The notes under the pieces are model-generated. The model had not been told where the DNA came from, ran no database searches, and saw only the letters and a program-made list of their open reading frames with translations. A stretch of 64,000 nucleotides of DNA from Eledone cirrhosa (lineage: Eukaryota), in contig OZ024742.1 of assembly GCA_964016885.1 (NCBI GenBank), positions 120,342,001 through 120,406,000 on the forward strand, in the 5' to 3' direction. Shown piece after piece: positions 25,600 to 38,636 of the stretch (position 1 is the first letter of the stretch; each line of letters starts with the position of its first letter). The translations under genes and the position numbers were made by a program.

Positions 25600-25723
25600 A
25601 TCATCTCATTTCTACAACTGAGTAAACTGGAGCAATGTGAAATAAAGTGTCTTGCTCAAGGAAACAACACATCACCTTTCGATTGCAAGCCCAATGCTCT
25701 AACCACTAAGCCATGTGCCTTCA
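25600..25723 (-). mobile_element. tRNA-derived SINE of the second family
   Basis: The minus strand starts TGAAGGCACATGGCTTAGTGGTTAGAGC (box A-like), followed by TCCTTGAGCAAGACACTTTATTTCAC. Confidence 0.75.
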
Positions 25724-25728
25724 TAATA

Positions 25729-25809
<81 letters not shown>

Positions 25810-25813
25810 CATA

Positions 25814-26175
25814 CCATCATCACCATTTAACGTCCATTTTTCCACACTAGCATGGGTTAGACAGGTTATCTCATTTGAAGCAAGTTGGGTCCGGTGACCA
25901 TGTCTTGTTCACACAAAACTGTTTCTGGCTTGGTTTCTATGACTGGATGCCCTTCCTAACACCAACTACATTTACAGTGTGGGCTGGGTTCTTTTTGTCG
26001 TGACACCTACATGACCACATTACAGTGTAGGCTGGGTGTTTTTTTTCCGTGTCACCGTCAGGACCATTTTACACTGTGGGCTGGGTTCTTCTTGCAGTAT
26101 CACCATTAGGACCCATTTTACAGTGTGGGCTGGGCACTTTTTGTTGTATTGCCATCAGGACCACTTTACAGTTTG
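25814..26175 (-). mobile_element. RTE 3'UTR fragment with about 5 internal subrepeats
   Basis: Shared terminus, with repeated ACCACwTTACAGTGTGGGCTGGG units. Confidence 0.85.
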
Positions 26176-26250
26176 CACTTGTCCTCTGCAGTCACAGCCC
26201 ATATTTCATTACCCTGCAGCACTTGTATACACACACACATACATACATAT

Positions 26251-26285
<35 letters not shown>

Positions 26286-26632
26286 ATACATTCCACAGAC
26301 GCGTGAATCTCAAGAAGATTCAGCATGACAGTGTGTGTGAATTACAAGTACAACTGTGGAGCAATGTGAAATAAAGTATCTTGCACAAGAACACTATGCA
26401 CTACCCATTTTGAGAATACATATATATATATATATATATATACATATATAGACATTTATATACATATGTAGACATTTATATACATCATCATCATCATCAT
26501 CATCATTTAACGTGATGATGATGATGATATATATACATACATATATACATTTATATAAATATACATATATATATATACATACATACATACATACATATCA
26601 TCATCTAACGTCCACACTACATATATACATTT

Positions 26633-26686
<54 letters not shown>

Positions 26687-27511
26687 TTATGATGACGTGT
26701 GTGTGCGCAACAATAACACTGATTTCACGGTCATCTCCGAATCATATATTTTCTCTATCCTCTGTTGATGTCTGCCGTTATTCCTTTTATTGATTAACTA
26801 ATTATGCTATCCCCACCTGACGATGTCGCCAGAGTCTTATGTAACTGTGTAACATCAATAACACTGTATTTAATGTGTGTAAAAAAAGTAAACAGAAATA
26901 ACAACATAAATGATACAGTGTATGGAAGGAATATATTAGTTTAACATTTGAAATAGCAGGAAGATAGTTTTAACCTTTTAGACACTAGTCCTTCATCAGA
27001 AGAAAGAATGAGAAATTTGAAATATTGAGGGGATGGGCAGGGCGGAATCGGGGGAAAAATGGAGAAAAATGACAGGTCCATGCATGTCGTCATCTCTTAC
27101 ACACACATACATGCCATTTTCTTCTCATATCTCTTATTTGAAGAATTACAAATCTTTAAAATGGTAGAGGATTATAGGCATTTGAAAATTACAAATAAAT
27201 TATTTAGTACATCAAAATATGACATAACATTGACATGACTATTAAATTTATCAACTAAACTCTCTCAGGAAATTAATAAGTAAGTTTCTGTCAGAAACAT
27301 CAAAATTGTAAATATATGAAATTTGTGAAATACTTTTTCTCTCTCTGCATAAACAAATATATTAGACAAAATATTTTTCCCAATTATTTTTCATCACCTG
27401 ACACATAGTTTTGTAAAACTGTTAGTGTAAACTTGAAAATCATAATATCAAAACAAACTAAAAATATTTGAAGATTTTGTCTTTTTGCTTTATACATTAT
27501 AAAGATGTGAG

Positions 27512-27730
27512 ATCATCATCATAACCATTTTACATTTGGTTTCCATGCTGGCTTAGCTGGATTGATTGTAAGTCTGTGTAAATTTTTATTCAGAGTTACT
27601 GCCTTCCTAGACTATGTCTCATTCATACATTCCCTTTTTGACATGGCTTCTATAGCTAGAAACGCTTCCTAACACCATCCACTTTACAGAATATACTGGG
27701 TACCTTTTATCATGGCACCAGCACCAGAAA
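27512..27730 (-). mobile_element. Old RTE 3'UTR fragment
   Basis: CAT tail and CTTCCTAACACC..CACTTTACAG motif. Confidence 0.65.
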
Positions 27731-28369
27731 CATTGTCAAATCAACATGACTAGAGGACACTACCCTGCACTGTCTTTGCTAAATTGCCAAATATTTTACA
27801 GACTGTAGTGGGTGCATTTTAAACTAGAGAAGTTTCCTTGTCTGCTACTCCACATTTTATTGTGGTAGATCACTAGAGAAGTTACCTTGTCTACTGCAAT
27901 GTTAAAGAGTCCTTGTTACTCTAATTCTGCACTCCTTCAAACAAACCGAGTGTGTGTTTAGAATATAAGTGATGGTCAAGGAGTTAAAGAAAAAGTAAAA
28001 CTGAGTGTGTGGGAGTGGAAATAGAGTGATAGTAGGGAAGACAAATGGACAGTGGAACTACATTAAATGTTTATATTTGTTTTGAAATCAAATAATACTG
28101 GAAAGAAATTGTCACCCAGCTCCATTTTTAATGATTTTTTTTTTTTTCTTTAACTCACATAAACATTCTCACTTTACTATTGAATGGCTGACATTTCAAA
28201 ACCAATCTAGTTATAAAATGATTTCACTCATTGGATTGTGGCCATGTTGGGACACTGCCTTGAAGGAAGTTTAGAAAATCATATTGATTCCAATCCTTAT
28301 TTTTACAAGTCTAATACTTAGTTTATTGATTAGTTTATCTCTATTTGTCAAACAACCAAGTTACGAGCC

Positions 28370-28750
28370 ACAAACAAACAAAGAAATGTACAAACATCAC
28401 ACAGATACACACAGAAAAATGTACAAAGAACACACACATACACACAGACAGAGAAATGTACAAACAACACACACATACACAGAGACAGAGAAATGTACAA
28501 ACAACACACACATACACATACACACACAGAGACAGAGAAATGTACAAAGAACACACACATACACACAGACAGAGAAATGTACAAACAACACACACACATA
28601 CACATACACACACACACAGAGACAGAGAAATGTACAAACAACACACACATACACACAGACAGAGAAATGTACAAACAACACACCCATACACACAGACAGA
28701 GAAATGTACAAACAACACAAACAGACATATACAAACAACACAAAGATACA
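28370..28750. repeat. Minisatellite ACAGAGAAATGTACAAACAA plus (CA)n linker, about 10 units
   Basis: Directly visible. It explains six overlapping low-complexity ORFs. Confidence 0.95.
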
Positions 28751-29179
28751 GAGGCATTGAATGCAGAGGATGTACAAAAGCTGGGTGTGTAATGACGAAA
28801 CACAGATAAGTTGAATGAAAAACTATGTGTACTCTCGGGTCACAAATAATGGGGGAGGGGTTAGCAGGAGGGTGGAGTAAGTGGGGGGAGTTGGAATGAG
28901 TGGGGAAGGAATCTGTAATTTATTTAGATTTCTTTTTAAAAAACCAGAATTCTCCGTTTAGTTTACATATTGAGACCCCAACCTCTCCTATTTATTTTAT
29001 AACGTATGAGATTTCTAGTCATGTACTTTTTTTGTCATGTATAATGTTTTTTAATGTATAAAGAAAATTAATTGTCACAGGAATGCTACCACTTAAAATA
29101 AAATTTCGCCTGAGATAGATTAGCAAAATTTAATAAGCATGTGGGAGAGGGGGATTAATAAGCAGAGGGGGGAGGGGCG

Positions 29180-29575
29180 ATTATATGAGACCCGAGAGTA
29201 AGTGAAGTTGAATGTTGCATGCAAAGAGAAACCCGTGTTGGTATGTACATATAATGCATATGGATGACAACAGTTTGGTAAAGAAATGTCAGGAGTTCCA
29301 AGAGGACAAAAGGAACAGAAAAGAAATACCGAGAGAAATGTGGGCAGAAGTGGTGAAGTTGATCTCAGGATGATGCTGAACTTCACAAAGAAGATGTCAA
29401 AGGAACAAATGAAGTGGTTAGATGCAGTTTTTGGAGAGGATCTGTCCAATCTATGCATGGAAAAGTGGATGCAAAAATGATGATGATAATGATGATGATG
29501 ATAATAATAATTGTTTAGGATCTGTCCAATCTATGTATGGAAAAGTGGATACAAAAATGATGATAATAGTAATGA
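29180..29575 (+). mobile_element. Old RTE C-terminus with a duplicated 3' terminus
   Basis: W.vHIMHMDD...KKC remnant. GGATCTGTCCAATCTATGyATGGAAAAGTGGAT plus a GAT tail occurs twice (about 29438 and 29518). Confidence 0.65.
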
Positions 29576-30192
29576 TAACAATCCGACTTTATGGAGATAT
29601 CTATTTTTCATGTGTGAACAATAGTGACGTCAGTTATAAGGTTTCCAATAATTCAATTAATGATTCACTGCATTTCTGATGATGAAAGTGACAAGGGAGC
29701 ATCTGTATCCTGCTGGACTTTGAAGATTACTAGTGTAAAGATACAAATTACCTCCCAGTAATCTGAAATTGATTTCAAATTATCTATGCACTCTTCATAT
29801 TTCCTCCCTCTCTGATTTAACTAAAATTATAAATTCTACTGAATATAACTCATGATAAATTTAATACATAAACCACATGAGACAAAAGTGTAAGCTAGTC
29901 TCCAAATATTATGAAATAAAATATTGGATAAATGTTGGGTTTTTACTCTCTCATCCTCTAACATTTCCCTTATGCCTTATTTTAAAAAGACTTAGATTTT
30001 TAGATTTTGAGCAGCAGAGGTTCCGAATCTGCACAATTTATATATAGATATAACAAATTTAATATAGAAATGGCTTCTACAAGACTAGAACTGTTTCTTT
30101 CGAAGGAAACCATCAGGTATTGAGTACCTTACCTACCGATTGAACCTGGGACTTATATACAGTATATATTTATTTTATTTTTTTCCAGATAA

Positions 30193-30224
<32 letters not shown>

Positions 30225-30707
30225 TTGATTTGAAGTGTATAAATATATATTTTGTTTATATTTGAAAACATTAATATGTTTCCCTTACTAAAAAGTTTGA
30301 ACACTGTGTTTCAGTTTCAATTTATTAAGGATAAAAATGTAACAACAAGTGCAAATAAAATATATTAAAACATTTTAAAGAAAAAATAAGTACTGCAGCT
30401 CTAAATCTCCAAACAATAATTAGTCTCGAGTTCAAAAATAAATTGAAAACTATCTTTAAAAGGAAGAAGCCATAATAAAAATAATTTGGTGCTAGGATAT
30501 CTTGGTGATTGTTATGGATATAGGTATGTATTATATCTATATTTTAGCTTCTTTTGACCATTATATTAATATCAACTACTTCACTCTTCATTACTCTCCC
30601 CCTCTCAAAAGAAATCATCAAGAAAGCTTTCCTCGTGATTTATTTTGAATAAAACAGTTCTAGTCCTGTAGAAGCCATTTCTATATTAAACATGATATAT
30701 ATATATA

Positions 30708-30908
30708 TGTAGGTGTCACGACAAGAAGCACCCAGTACTCACTGTAAATGAGGTTGGTTTTGGGGAGGGATTCCAGCTGTAGAAAACAAGCCAGAATCAG
30801 TTCTGTATGAGAAAGACATGGCCATCTGACCTAGCATTGCCCACAACAGGACAACTCGTCTACACCCACGCTAGCGTGGAAAAATGGACATAAAATGATG
30901 ATGATGAT
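30708..30908 (+). mobile_element. RTE 3'UTR fragment
   Basis: Shared UTR and (GAT)n tail, between TA tracts. Confidence 0.85.
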
Positions 30909-30992
30909 ATATATATACATATATATTGGCAGCATGACCCGCCCAAAGCATAACAATTATATATATATATAATTGTTATATATATATAATTG

Positions 30993-31038
<46 letters not shown>

Positions 31039-31059
31039 GTTATATATATATATATATAT

Positions 31060-31975
31060 ATAGCTGCTGAGACGCTGAAGGCATCTGGGTCTGTAGGCCA
31101 CACTATAACCACACGTATTGTTAACCAGGTAATACTAGAAGGTGTCATACCAAAAGATTGGTGCAGTAGCATCATTGTCAACTGCTGCAAAGGTAAAGGT
31201 GATGCACTAGATAGAGGAAACTATAGAGGTATAAAGCTGATGGACCAGGTCATGAAAGTAACAGAAAGAGTTATAGCACAGTTGATTAGGGACCGGGTGA
31301 AACTAGATGAGATGCAATTTGGGTTTGTACCAGGAAAAAGGCACCACTGATGCCCTCTTCCTTGTGCGGCAGTTACAGGAAAAATACCAAGCTAAAAGTA
31401 AGCCACTCTACCTGGCATTCGTCGATCTCAAGAAAGCCTTTGACAGAGTTCTACGTGCTATAATCTGGTGGGCTCTTAAAAAACTAGGAGTAGATGAATG
31501 GCTTGCGAAAGCTGTACAAGCCATATATAGGGGAGCAGTCAGCAAAGTTAGGATTAGCAATGAGTATAGCGAGGAATTTAGCGTACAGGTTGGTGTCCAC
31601 CAGGGCTGTGTTCTTAGCCCTCTCCTGTTCATCATAGTCCTGCAGGCAAAAACGGAGGAGTTTAAGACCGGATGCCCATGGGAACTCCTGTATGCAGATG
31701 ACCTCGCACTTATAGCTGAATCTATGGTAGAACTAGAGAAAAAATTCCAAACTTGGAAGCAGGGACTAGAAAGAAAGGGTCTCAAAGTCAACCTGACAAA
31801 GACTAAGGTCCTTGTAAGTAGACTAGAAAACAGAACCCATATCCCCTCAGGGAAATGGCCTTGCTCAGTATGTACGAAAGGTGTAGGTAGGAACTCCATT
31901 CTCTTCCCCAAATGCAAACAATGGGTACACAAGAGATGTAGCGGGATCTCAGGAAGCTTAATTAAGAATGTAGGG
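31060..31975 (+). mobile_element. Internal RTE RT fragment lacking both ends
   Basis: ORFs 30973-31350 and 31307-32092 (NYRGIKL, QFGF, FVDLKKAFD, GVHQG, WELLYADDL, HKRCSG) are close to the reverse complement of about 13380-14225. Confidence 0.93.
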
Positions 31976-32442
31976 ATCATAAAGAACAATATCAACATAT
32001 GTGTTACACGGAATTTGAGTTCAATCACAACACATCTTCCACCTTACAATGAAAGGTGTTTGCGTGTGTATGCATGTGTTGTGTTTCAGTAAGAAATTAC
32101 TAAGCAATTTGCATGAACAAGAATAGGCTGTTTGAAACAGAACAATATCAGAACAAACCTTCATAATTCATGCTAGCGTTTGAAAAGAAATATAAAAATC
32201 AATTACAAAGAATCAATATTTGAAACAAAAATAGCACATCCAGCTGAAAACTTACTTAAAAACTGATGAAATTACTTTCATAGTTTACCAACGATATTAA
32301 TTTGTTACTATTGTATTCTTGAGAGAGCACCTTAAAAAAAAATTACAAAGAATACATGAATCCCCTGCATCACAATCAACTAACCCTGACAGTCTAAGTA
32401 GTTATTACTTTATGAAAGAAAGTAATTTTATTATTTCCCTTT

Positions 32443-32891
32443 TGGGGTGGTGGATTGGCAGTATTGGTAGAACGTCAGACAACATGCTTTGTGACATACA
32501 ATAATGACTCTTTATGTACAGGGTTCAAATCTCGCGAAGTTTAGCTTTATTTTTCATCCTTACGGGGTCTATAAAATAAAGTACCAGTAATGCACTGGGG
32601 TCAATTTAATCAACTTTCCCTCCCCCAAATGGTTGGACTTGTGTCTAAATCAGCAACCATTATTTCCCTTCCTGGGCAGTGGATTGGAAGTATCGGTAGA
32701 ACATCGGACAACATACTCTGCAGCATGTAGTTACAGCCCTTTATGTTCTGGGTTCAAATCCCACCGAGGTTAGCTTTGCCTTTCATCCTTTCAGGGTCGG
32801 TAAAATTAAGTACCAGTAATTCACTGAGATTAATTTAAACAAGTTTCCCCTTCCCTGCAAAATTGCTGGCCTTGTACCAACTGTAGAAGCA
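32443..32891 (+). mobile_element. Two tandem full-length SINEs (long variant)
   Basis: Each has GTGGATTGG(C/A)AGTAT.GGTAG (box A-like), GGTTCAAATC (box B) and the core. ATTATTTCCCT occurs at 32430, 32659 and 32892. Confidence 0.9.
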
Positions 32892-33289
32892 ATTATTTCC
32901 CTGTTTGTGTTGCCATCAAAACTGCTGAAAGTTGATTCTTACTTTAGGATAGAAGGAATTTTTATTTGAAAACACGAATGGTATTTTATCAATTAAATGT
33001 TAATATTAGGTTGTATCAAATATATCTTTTAATAGTAACATTTCTGTATCATTGAGAAATTTTGTTTGTGTTCATGTCATTATGCTCATTTTGGAACCAT
33101 GGAATTGTCCAGAACCAAATGTTAAAATATAGAAACATATTTTAAGATCATTTGTCTGGAGATTCTAACATACTGTAATCATATATGATGTATGCTTGGC
33201 ATCAATTTCTTTGTCTACATTACCTGCTTAGATTGTTTAGGTAGGTCAAACTCCGAATTGTTATTTTAGCATAAGATAATTAGTACTTC

Positions 33290-33680
33290 TATACTAGTAA
33301 TACTGATATTGTATGACAGTAGTATAGATACTGATGCTATATAGCTGCAGCACTGATACTGATATTGTACAGCTACAATACTAATACTGATATTGTACAG
33401 CTACAATACTAATACTGATACTGATATTGTATAACTGTAGTATTAATACTGATATTGTATGACTGAAGTATTAATACTGATACTGTATAACTGTTGTATC
33501 AATACTGATACTGTATAACTGTTGTATCAATACTGATACTGTATAGCTGTAGCACTGATACTGATATCATATGACTGTTGTATTAATACTGATATCATAT
33601 GACTGTTATATTATTACTGATATCATATGACTGTTATATTATTACTGATACTGTATGACTTGTATTAATGCTGATAATAC
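33290..33680. repeat. Degenerate 28/34-bp minisatellite (ATACTGATATTGTATGACTGTwGTATTA)
   Basis: About 13 tandem units are visible. Confidence 0.9.
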
Positions 33681-33793
33681 AGGGCTGCAAGACCATACAG
33701 CCAACATGAACAGCAAACTTATGCAAGCAGGAAATATTTGTTCATTTGTGCTTTCCCTGAATCTTCCAAGTTTGCACTTTGGACTTTGTGTTA

Positions 33794-34315
33794 CCATATA
33801 CACTTGTATATAGGCCAAGAAATATATGACAAAAAAAATCAATGGTAAAATGAGGGTTGGCTTACGTTCAAGGTCAATATTTTGCTGATTTTCACCAACT
33901 TCAAATTCTACGTAAATAAGGTGCTAAAATAGTTTTGCTTTGGAGGTGAATATTACAAATATTGCACTGGTTTCACTCTGGAGATGAAATTTGTTGTATC
34001 TATTGCTTCTTTTTAATGTGTTTAAATAAATATAGCCTTAAAGACAGTCAGAAACTGGTGAAAAATCAGTATGTAATGAAGTTGTGAAACAAAAACTATA
34101 CTCTAAATGACACTTAAAACATTTTAAATATCAAATTATCAGAAGTTCATAAACATGTTCTCCACTCATTAGAATTTTAAAACTGCACCATCTAACCATA
34201 ATGTGTTGATTAATTGGCTTGGCTTATACACACGGTTTGGATTTTTGACCATTTCTCAGGAATAAAATAGAGGGTTGGCTTATATTCAGATCAGCTTATA
34301 TTTGAGTATATACAG
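33794..34315. mobile_element. pogo/Tigger-like MITE
   Basis: TA|CCATATACACTTGTATATAGGCC ... GCTTATATTTGAGTATATACAG|TA ends resemble CCGTATATACTCG-type TIRs after CpG decay. Confidence 0.7.
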
Positions 34316-36819
34316 TAAATTCTGAAGTTTGTCAGTTGTTGTTGGATTAGTTCCCTTCCTTAATGTCTGTTCAAATGTACCTCTGCTTGCAAGCAAACTC
34401 ATCTATGATGCTGTCATATCAGAGCGCCTCTTGGAATGGTGTACATGGTGAGATGGACAACTGAAAAGATGGATTAGTGTGATCAAGTCAATTCTTCAAC
34501 TGAATACTGGTCCTCACATATATGATGTTTGCTATTATTGGAACTGCAGCTGATAGATAATCCACGGTTCAGACTTCTGTGATTGCCAAGTGTTATTGGT
34601 TGATTGGTTTGGTTGGTTTCTGTTCATAATTCTGTGGAATCAGTGACCAGAGCCAGCTCAACTCATTTTAGATGAATCTCAACACACACACAATTTAGAT
34701 ATAATGATTTATAGACAATAAACATTCCGTTCTTGGAGATTGAATATTGTCCTTAACAGAAAAAATTCACAAGTGATAAAGTGTTTACCTAATTCCACCC
34801 CCACCCCTGCTCCACTGACAAACCATTTGATTTAAATCTCTTGTTAACATGAACATTTATTTATTCTAGGGATTTGAGCATAGCAATCACTCATCAATTT
34901 TCAGGAATGGAGAATGAGCAAGGTGCTTAGTACAAACTTTCCTAAGAAAAAATAGAAATTCATAACTCTTCAGCTAAGAGGTCCTTTTGTTTCCCCCCTT
35001 CAACCCTTGAACAAGTATCAAGATGTTAAACTACAACACACCTAATAAAATGTTTGTTTGTTTAGTCTTCTGAAGCATAGAATAAGTTGCAATTCAAGTT
35101 AATGCCAGCGATTTAGTAACAAAGACAGAGAAGCATGTGAAATTATATTAAAATGGTTTGTATGGCCATTTTTGTATTGTTCATCCTCCGACATCAATAA
35201 ATGTGTAAATATACTGTGTAAATGGATTATAATATATATAATACTAAGAAAGGATAAAATTAAATTTTAAAATAGGAAAGATATATCTAATGCTAAGTAT
35301 AACTGAAACAATGTCAAAAGTAACAAGGAAATAATATCTCTTGTTTTCTTGATATTGAACAAGAAAAGAAGTACTTAAAATGAATAAGTAAGAATTTCAA
35401 AAAAATTAAAATAATATATAGCTCTAGGTTCAGTTAGTTTCTCAAATCAAGAAACTATCTTATTTGGTTAAAACTAAATTCTAGATTTAGATTTTTTTTT
35501 TTTTTAATGACAACTGAAGGCAAAATAGTAAAATTTGCTTGCACAAAATCTGAAAAACAACATTATGTATTGAATTTTATAAAGCCACATGATAACAATG
35601 TTTGAATGCTAACAGCTAAATATTAAATCATTTGAAAGTGAAAGCAATATACCATGCTTGTTTGAAAATATTCAGATACAATAAAAAAAATTATATATAA
35701 ATAAAGGAAATTATAGTCTTAAAACCTCTATGTGCTGTTTAAATTTGAAAATAAAAATTTAATTTCTAGAAGAAAATCACTGATAGAATCTAATTCAAGA
35801 TTTACATTGTTTAAATTACTGATAACTAAGTGATTATCAAATATATTTACAATAAAAATACTCAAAATTAAGCAATTTCTTTCCTCAAACTCCACTCATC
35901 ATGTGACAATTTTATTTTCTTACTTCCATTAGTATCACGGAAAAACAGAGAACAGATGGCTAATGGTTTCATTGTCTTGTAATAGAGAATATCTACTAGA
36001 TTTTGGTTAAATGGTTGCACTTTATACATTGCAATGAATTTCTATCAATTCTAGGCTAATGTTTGAAATGAAGTACAGAACAGTAAATGTCTCTAGATTT
36101 TAAGTTAATGGCTACATTCTCTACAGAACAGTAGTAATATCTTACTATAAATATATGTTCACAATATTTAAACAGTATTTTGCAGATACATAAAGTGAAT
36201 GTAGCAGACAATAAAAGATGAGTGCATAGTGAAAATTGAATCAATGTCTCCTTTGATATAATTACTGCTATACCACAAACCATTTGATAAAACTCATGAC
36301 TATATTTAGTCACTCTGTAATTTTTTTAATATGTTAGTCAAAAGATGAGGGACAATGCCCATGGCCTTTATATGTTCTATGAGACTGGTGATCAATTTGA
36401 ACATATGAAGGTTGATATCTACAGAGAAAATATGGGCCAGGATAAAATTTTAAGTATTGTAGTGCTAGAAAGGAAGGACTAGGTATGTAAAGTATGTAAT
36501 GCAGGATATGGTCAGTATGACACAGTACGGTGATCAGGATAGACAAATGGTGGGGTTGATACATAGCTTAGGTGAATGAACATAGTTTGCAATTATTTAT
36601 TTCAAAGGAGCAGAACTAATTGTAACCCATACTACTGTGGAAAATAGACGTTAAATGATGATGATGATGTAAAGAGAGTTATCAATTCACCAGTGATTGA
36701 AGAGTGTTGGTATGTCTAGCATGGAGAGAGAGGGGGAGAGAGGAAGAGAGAGAGGAGAGAGAGGGGGAGAAAGGAGGAGAGAGGAGAGGAGAAAGAGGAA
36801 GAGAGATAGGATAGATAGG

Positions 36820-36863
<44 letters not shown>

Positions 36864-36974
36864 CATGTGTGTAGAAATGAGTTTGTTAATTCTTTACTAG
36901 AGGACAGATCATTGAGAAAACATTTTTATATTTCTAAATTAACTCCTGCTAATTCAAGAGAGCATTCAACCAAT

Positions 36975-37195
36975 GGTGGTGGGTTGGTAGGAATTGGTAG
37001 AGTGTTGGACAACATGCTTTGTGACATATGGTGACAGCTCTTTATGTTCAGAGTTTAAATCCCGCCGAGGTTAGCTCTGCCTTTCTTCTTTACAGGATTG
37101 ATAAAATAAACTACCAGTAATGCACTGGGGTCGATTTAATCGACTTTCTCCTCCCCCAAAAATTGTTGGCCTTGTGCCTAAATCAGAAACCATTA
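36975..37195 (+). mobile_element. tRNA-derived SINE (long variant)
   Basis: Full head, core and tail similarity to the other copies. Confidence 0.88.
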
Positions 37196-37290
37196 TACAT
37201 TCAATCCTTAACAAGTATAAATGTTTTAAAACAGGTTTGTTAATTCAAATGTTTAGAGTACATTTACTAGTGGACAGATCATTAAGAACA

Positions 37291-37960
37291 CTAGCAGAAA
37301 AACCACCCTTTGGGTGGTTTTCTGCTAGCATGTGTAGTGTGTATATTATATATTATACGCAAGTATATATACATGTAGATATGATACATCAAATAAAATC
37401 ATAATTGACAATATACACAGAAATTGAAGAGAGACTGCGTTACACTCTCTTATGTAATCAGTAAAGTAATCCATGATACATTAAAAAAGATGATATATAT
37501 AAACTGCATTAGGAGAAAATTAGTGACAGAAATATATAAATATTTATTTAAGCGATCACTAACCGGAAGTGTTGACATTTGCAAATTTTAAAGAAGTGAA
37601 TCTTAAAATAAGCAACAAAATTATTTATATTTAATCAAGAATAACGAAATTTAGTAGATAAATTATGTAATATTCATTCATTATTTATTTAAAGTATCGG
37701 TAGAGGGTCGGACGCCATGCTTTCCAGCATAGTTATGTCCTTTTGCGATCTGAGTTCAAACCCCCGCCAAGGTTGACTTTGCCTTTCATCCTTACGGGGG
37801 TCGATAAAATAAAGTACCAGTAATGCACTGGGTAATTGCTGGCCTTGTGCCTAAAGTAGAAACAATTATTTATTTAAAGTAATGTAACTTATTTTACAAA
37901 CGGGATAAAAAAATATATTCTGGACGCAGTCCCACACTCCTTACTTTATTATAGTTTAGA
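37291..37960 (-). mobile_element. Non-autonomous Helitron (family 2) with a nested SINE at about 37697-37864
   Basis: Reverse complement of 42815-43346, with TC...CTAG ends at an AT site. The SINE TSD ATTATTTATTTAAAGTA lies at 37680-37696 and 37865-37881. Confidence 0.88.
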
Positions 37961-38234
37961 TTGGTAGTAAACTAACGACTTTAATGTTTAATCTGATGCA
38001 GTCATTGAGCTGGTTTATACTTTTCAAGAATGTCTTATTAATGTTGTTTAACTGAATAGACAATTTTACACATTCTTAACAACTAGTTCAATAAATAAAT
38101 TACTGATGTGTTAACAGTGTTTTGTTTCAATCCAATTATGTACTACAAAATATATCTATAGATTTGAGTTAAATCTCTAACAGACTACTCAACCATAAGG
38201 TAGAAGTTGTTCTTGTCATCAATGAAGCGAAACC

Positions 38235-38636
38235 TACAGGCAGTAGGCACCTCCTAACCAAAAATACACCCCCCATCCCAATACCCCTACCCCCACCACC
38301 ATCTACACCACCCCTTTCTCTGTAAAGTTATGTTGTTACCACAACATCCAGTCCTAAATAAATGAGGTCGTGTAGGTATCACAACAAAAAAAAAACACAC
38401 AGTCCACGCTGTAATGTAGCCATGTAGGTAACACGGTAAAAACCTCCCAGTCCACACTGTAAACGTGGTTGGTGTTGGGAAGGGCATCCAGCTGTAGAAA
38501 ACCCGCCAGACAGTCCTATATGAGCGAGACGACCAATCTTGCCTCACGTGGGACAATTCCCGTCTAAACCCATGCTAGCGTGGAAGATGGACGTTAAGCG
38601 ATGATGATGATGATGATGATGATGCTGCTGCTGCTG
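38235..38636 (+). mobile_element. RTE 3' end (same subfamily as the 589-2663 copy)
   Basis: UTR collinear with the reverse complement of 617-975, ending in a (GAT)n(GCT)n tail. Confidence 0.9.

Noticed and set aside
28284-28809. Six overlapping ORFs on both strands
   Set aside because: Artefacts of a CA-rich minisatellite.
30069-30115. ATG-initiated short exon candidate MASTRLELFLSKETI|gtattg
   Set aside because: Weak donor, no recognisable product and no downstream plus-strand exons.
32443-32530. tRNA genes
   Set aside because: The box A/B motifs belong to SINE heads; there is no cloverleaf, and they run into SINE cores.
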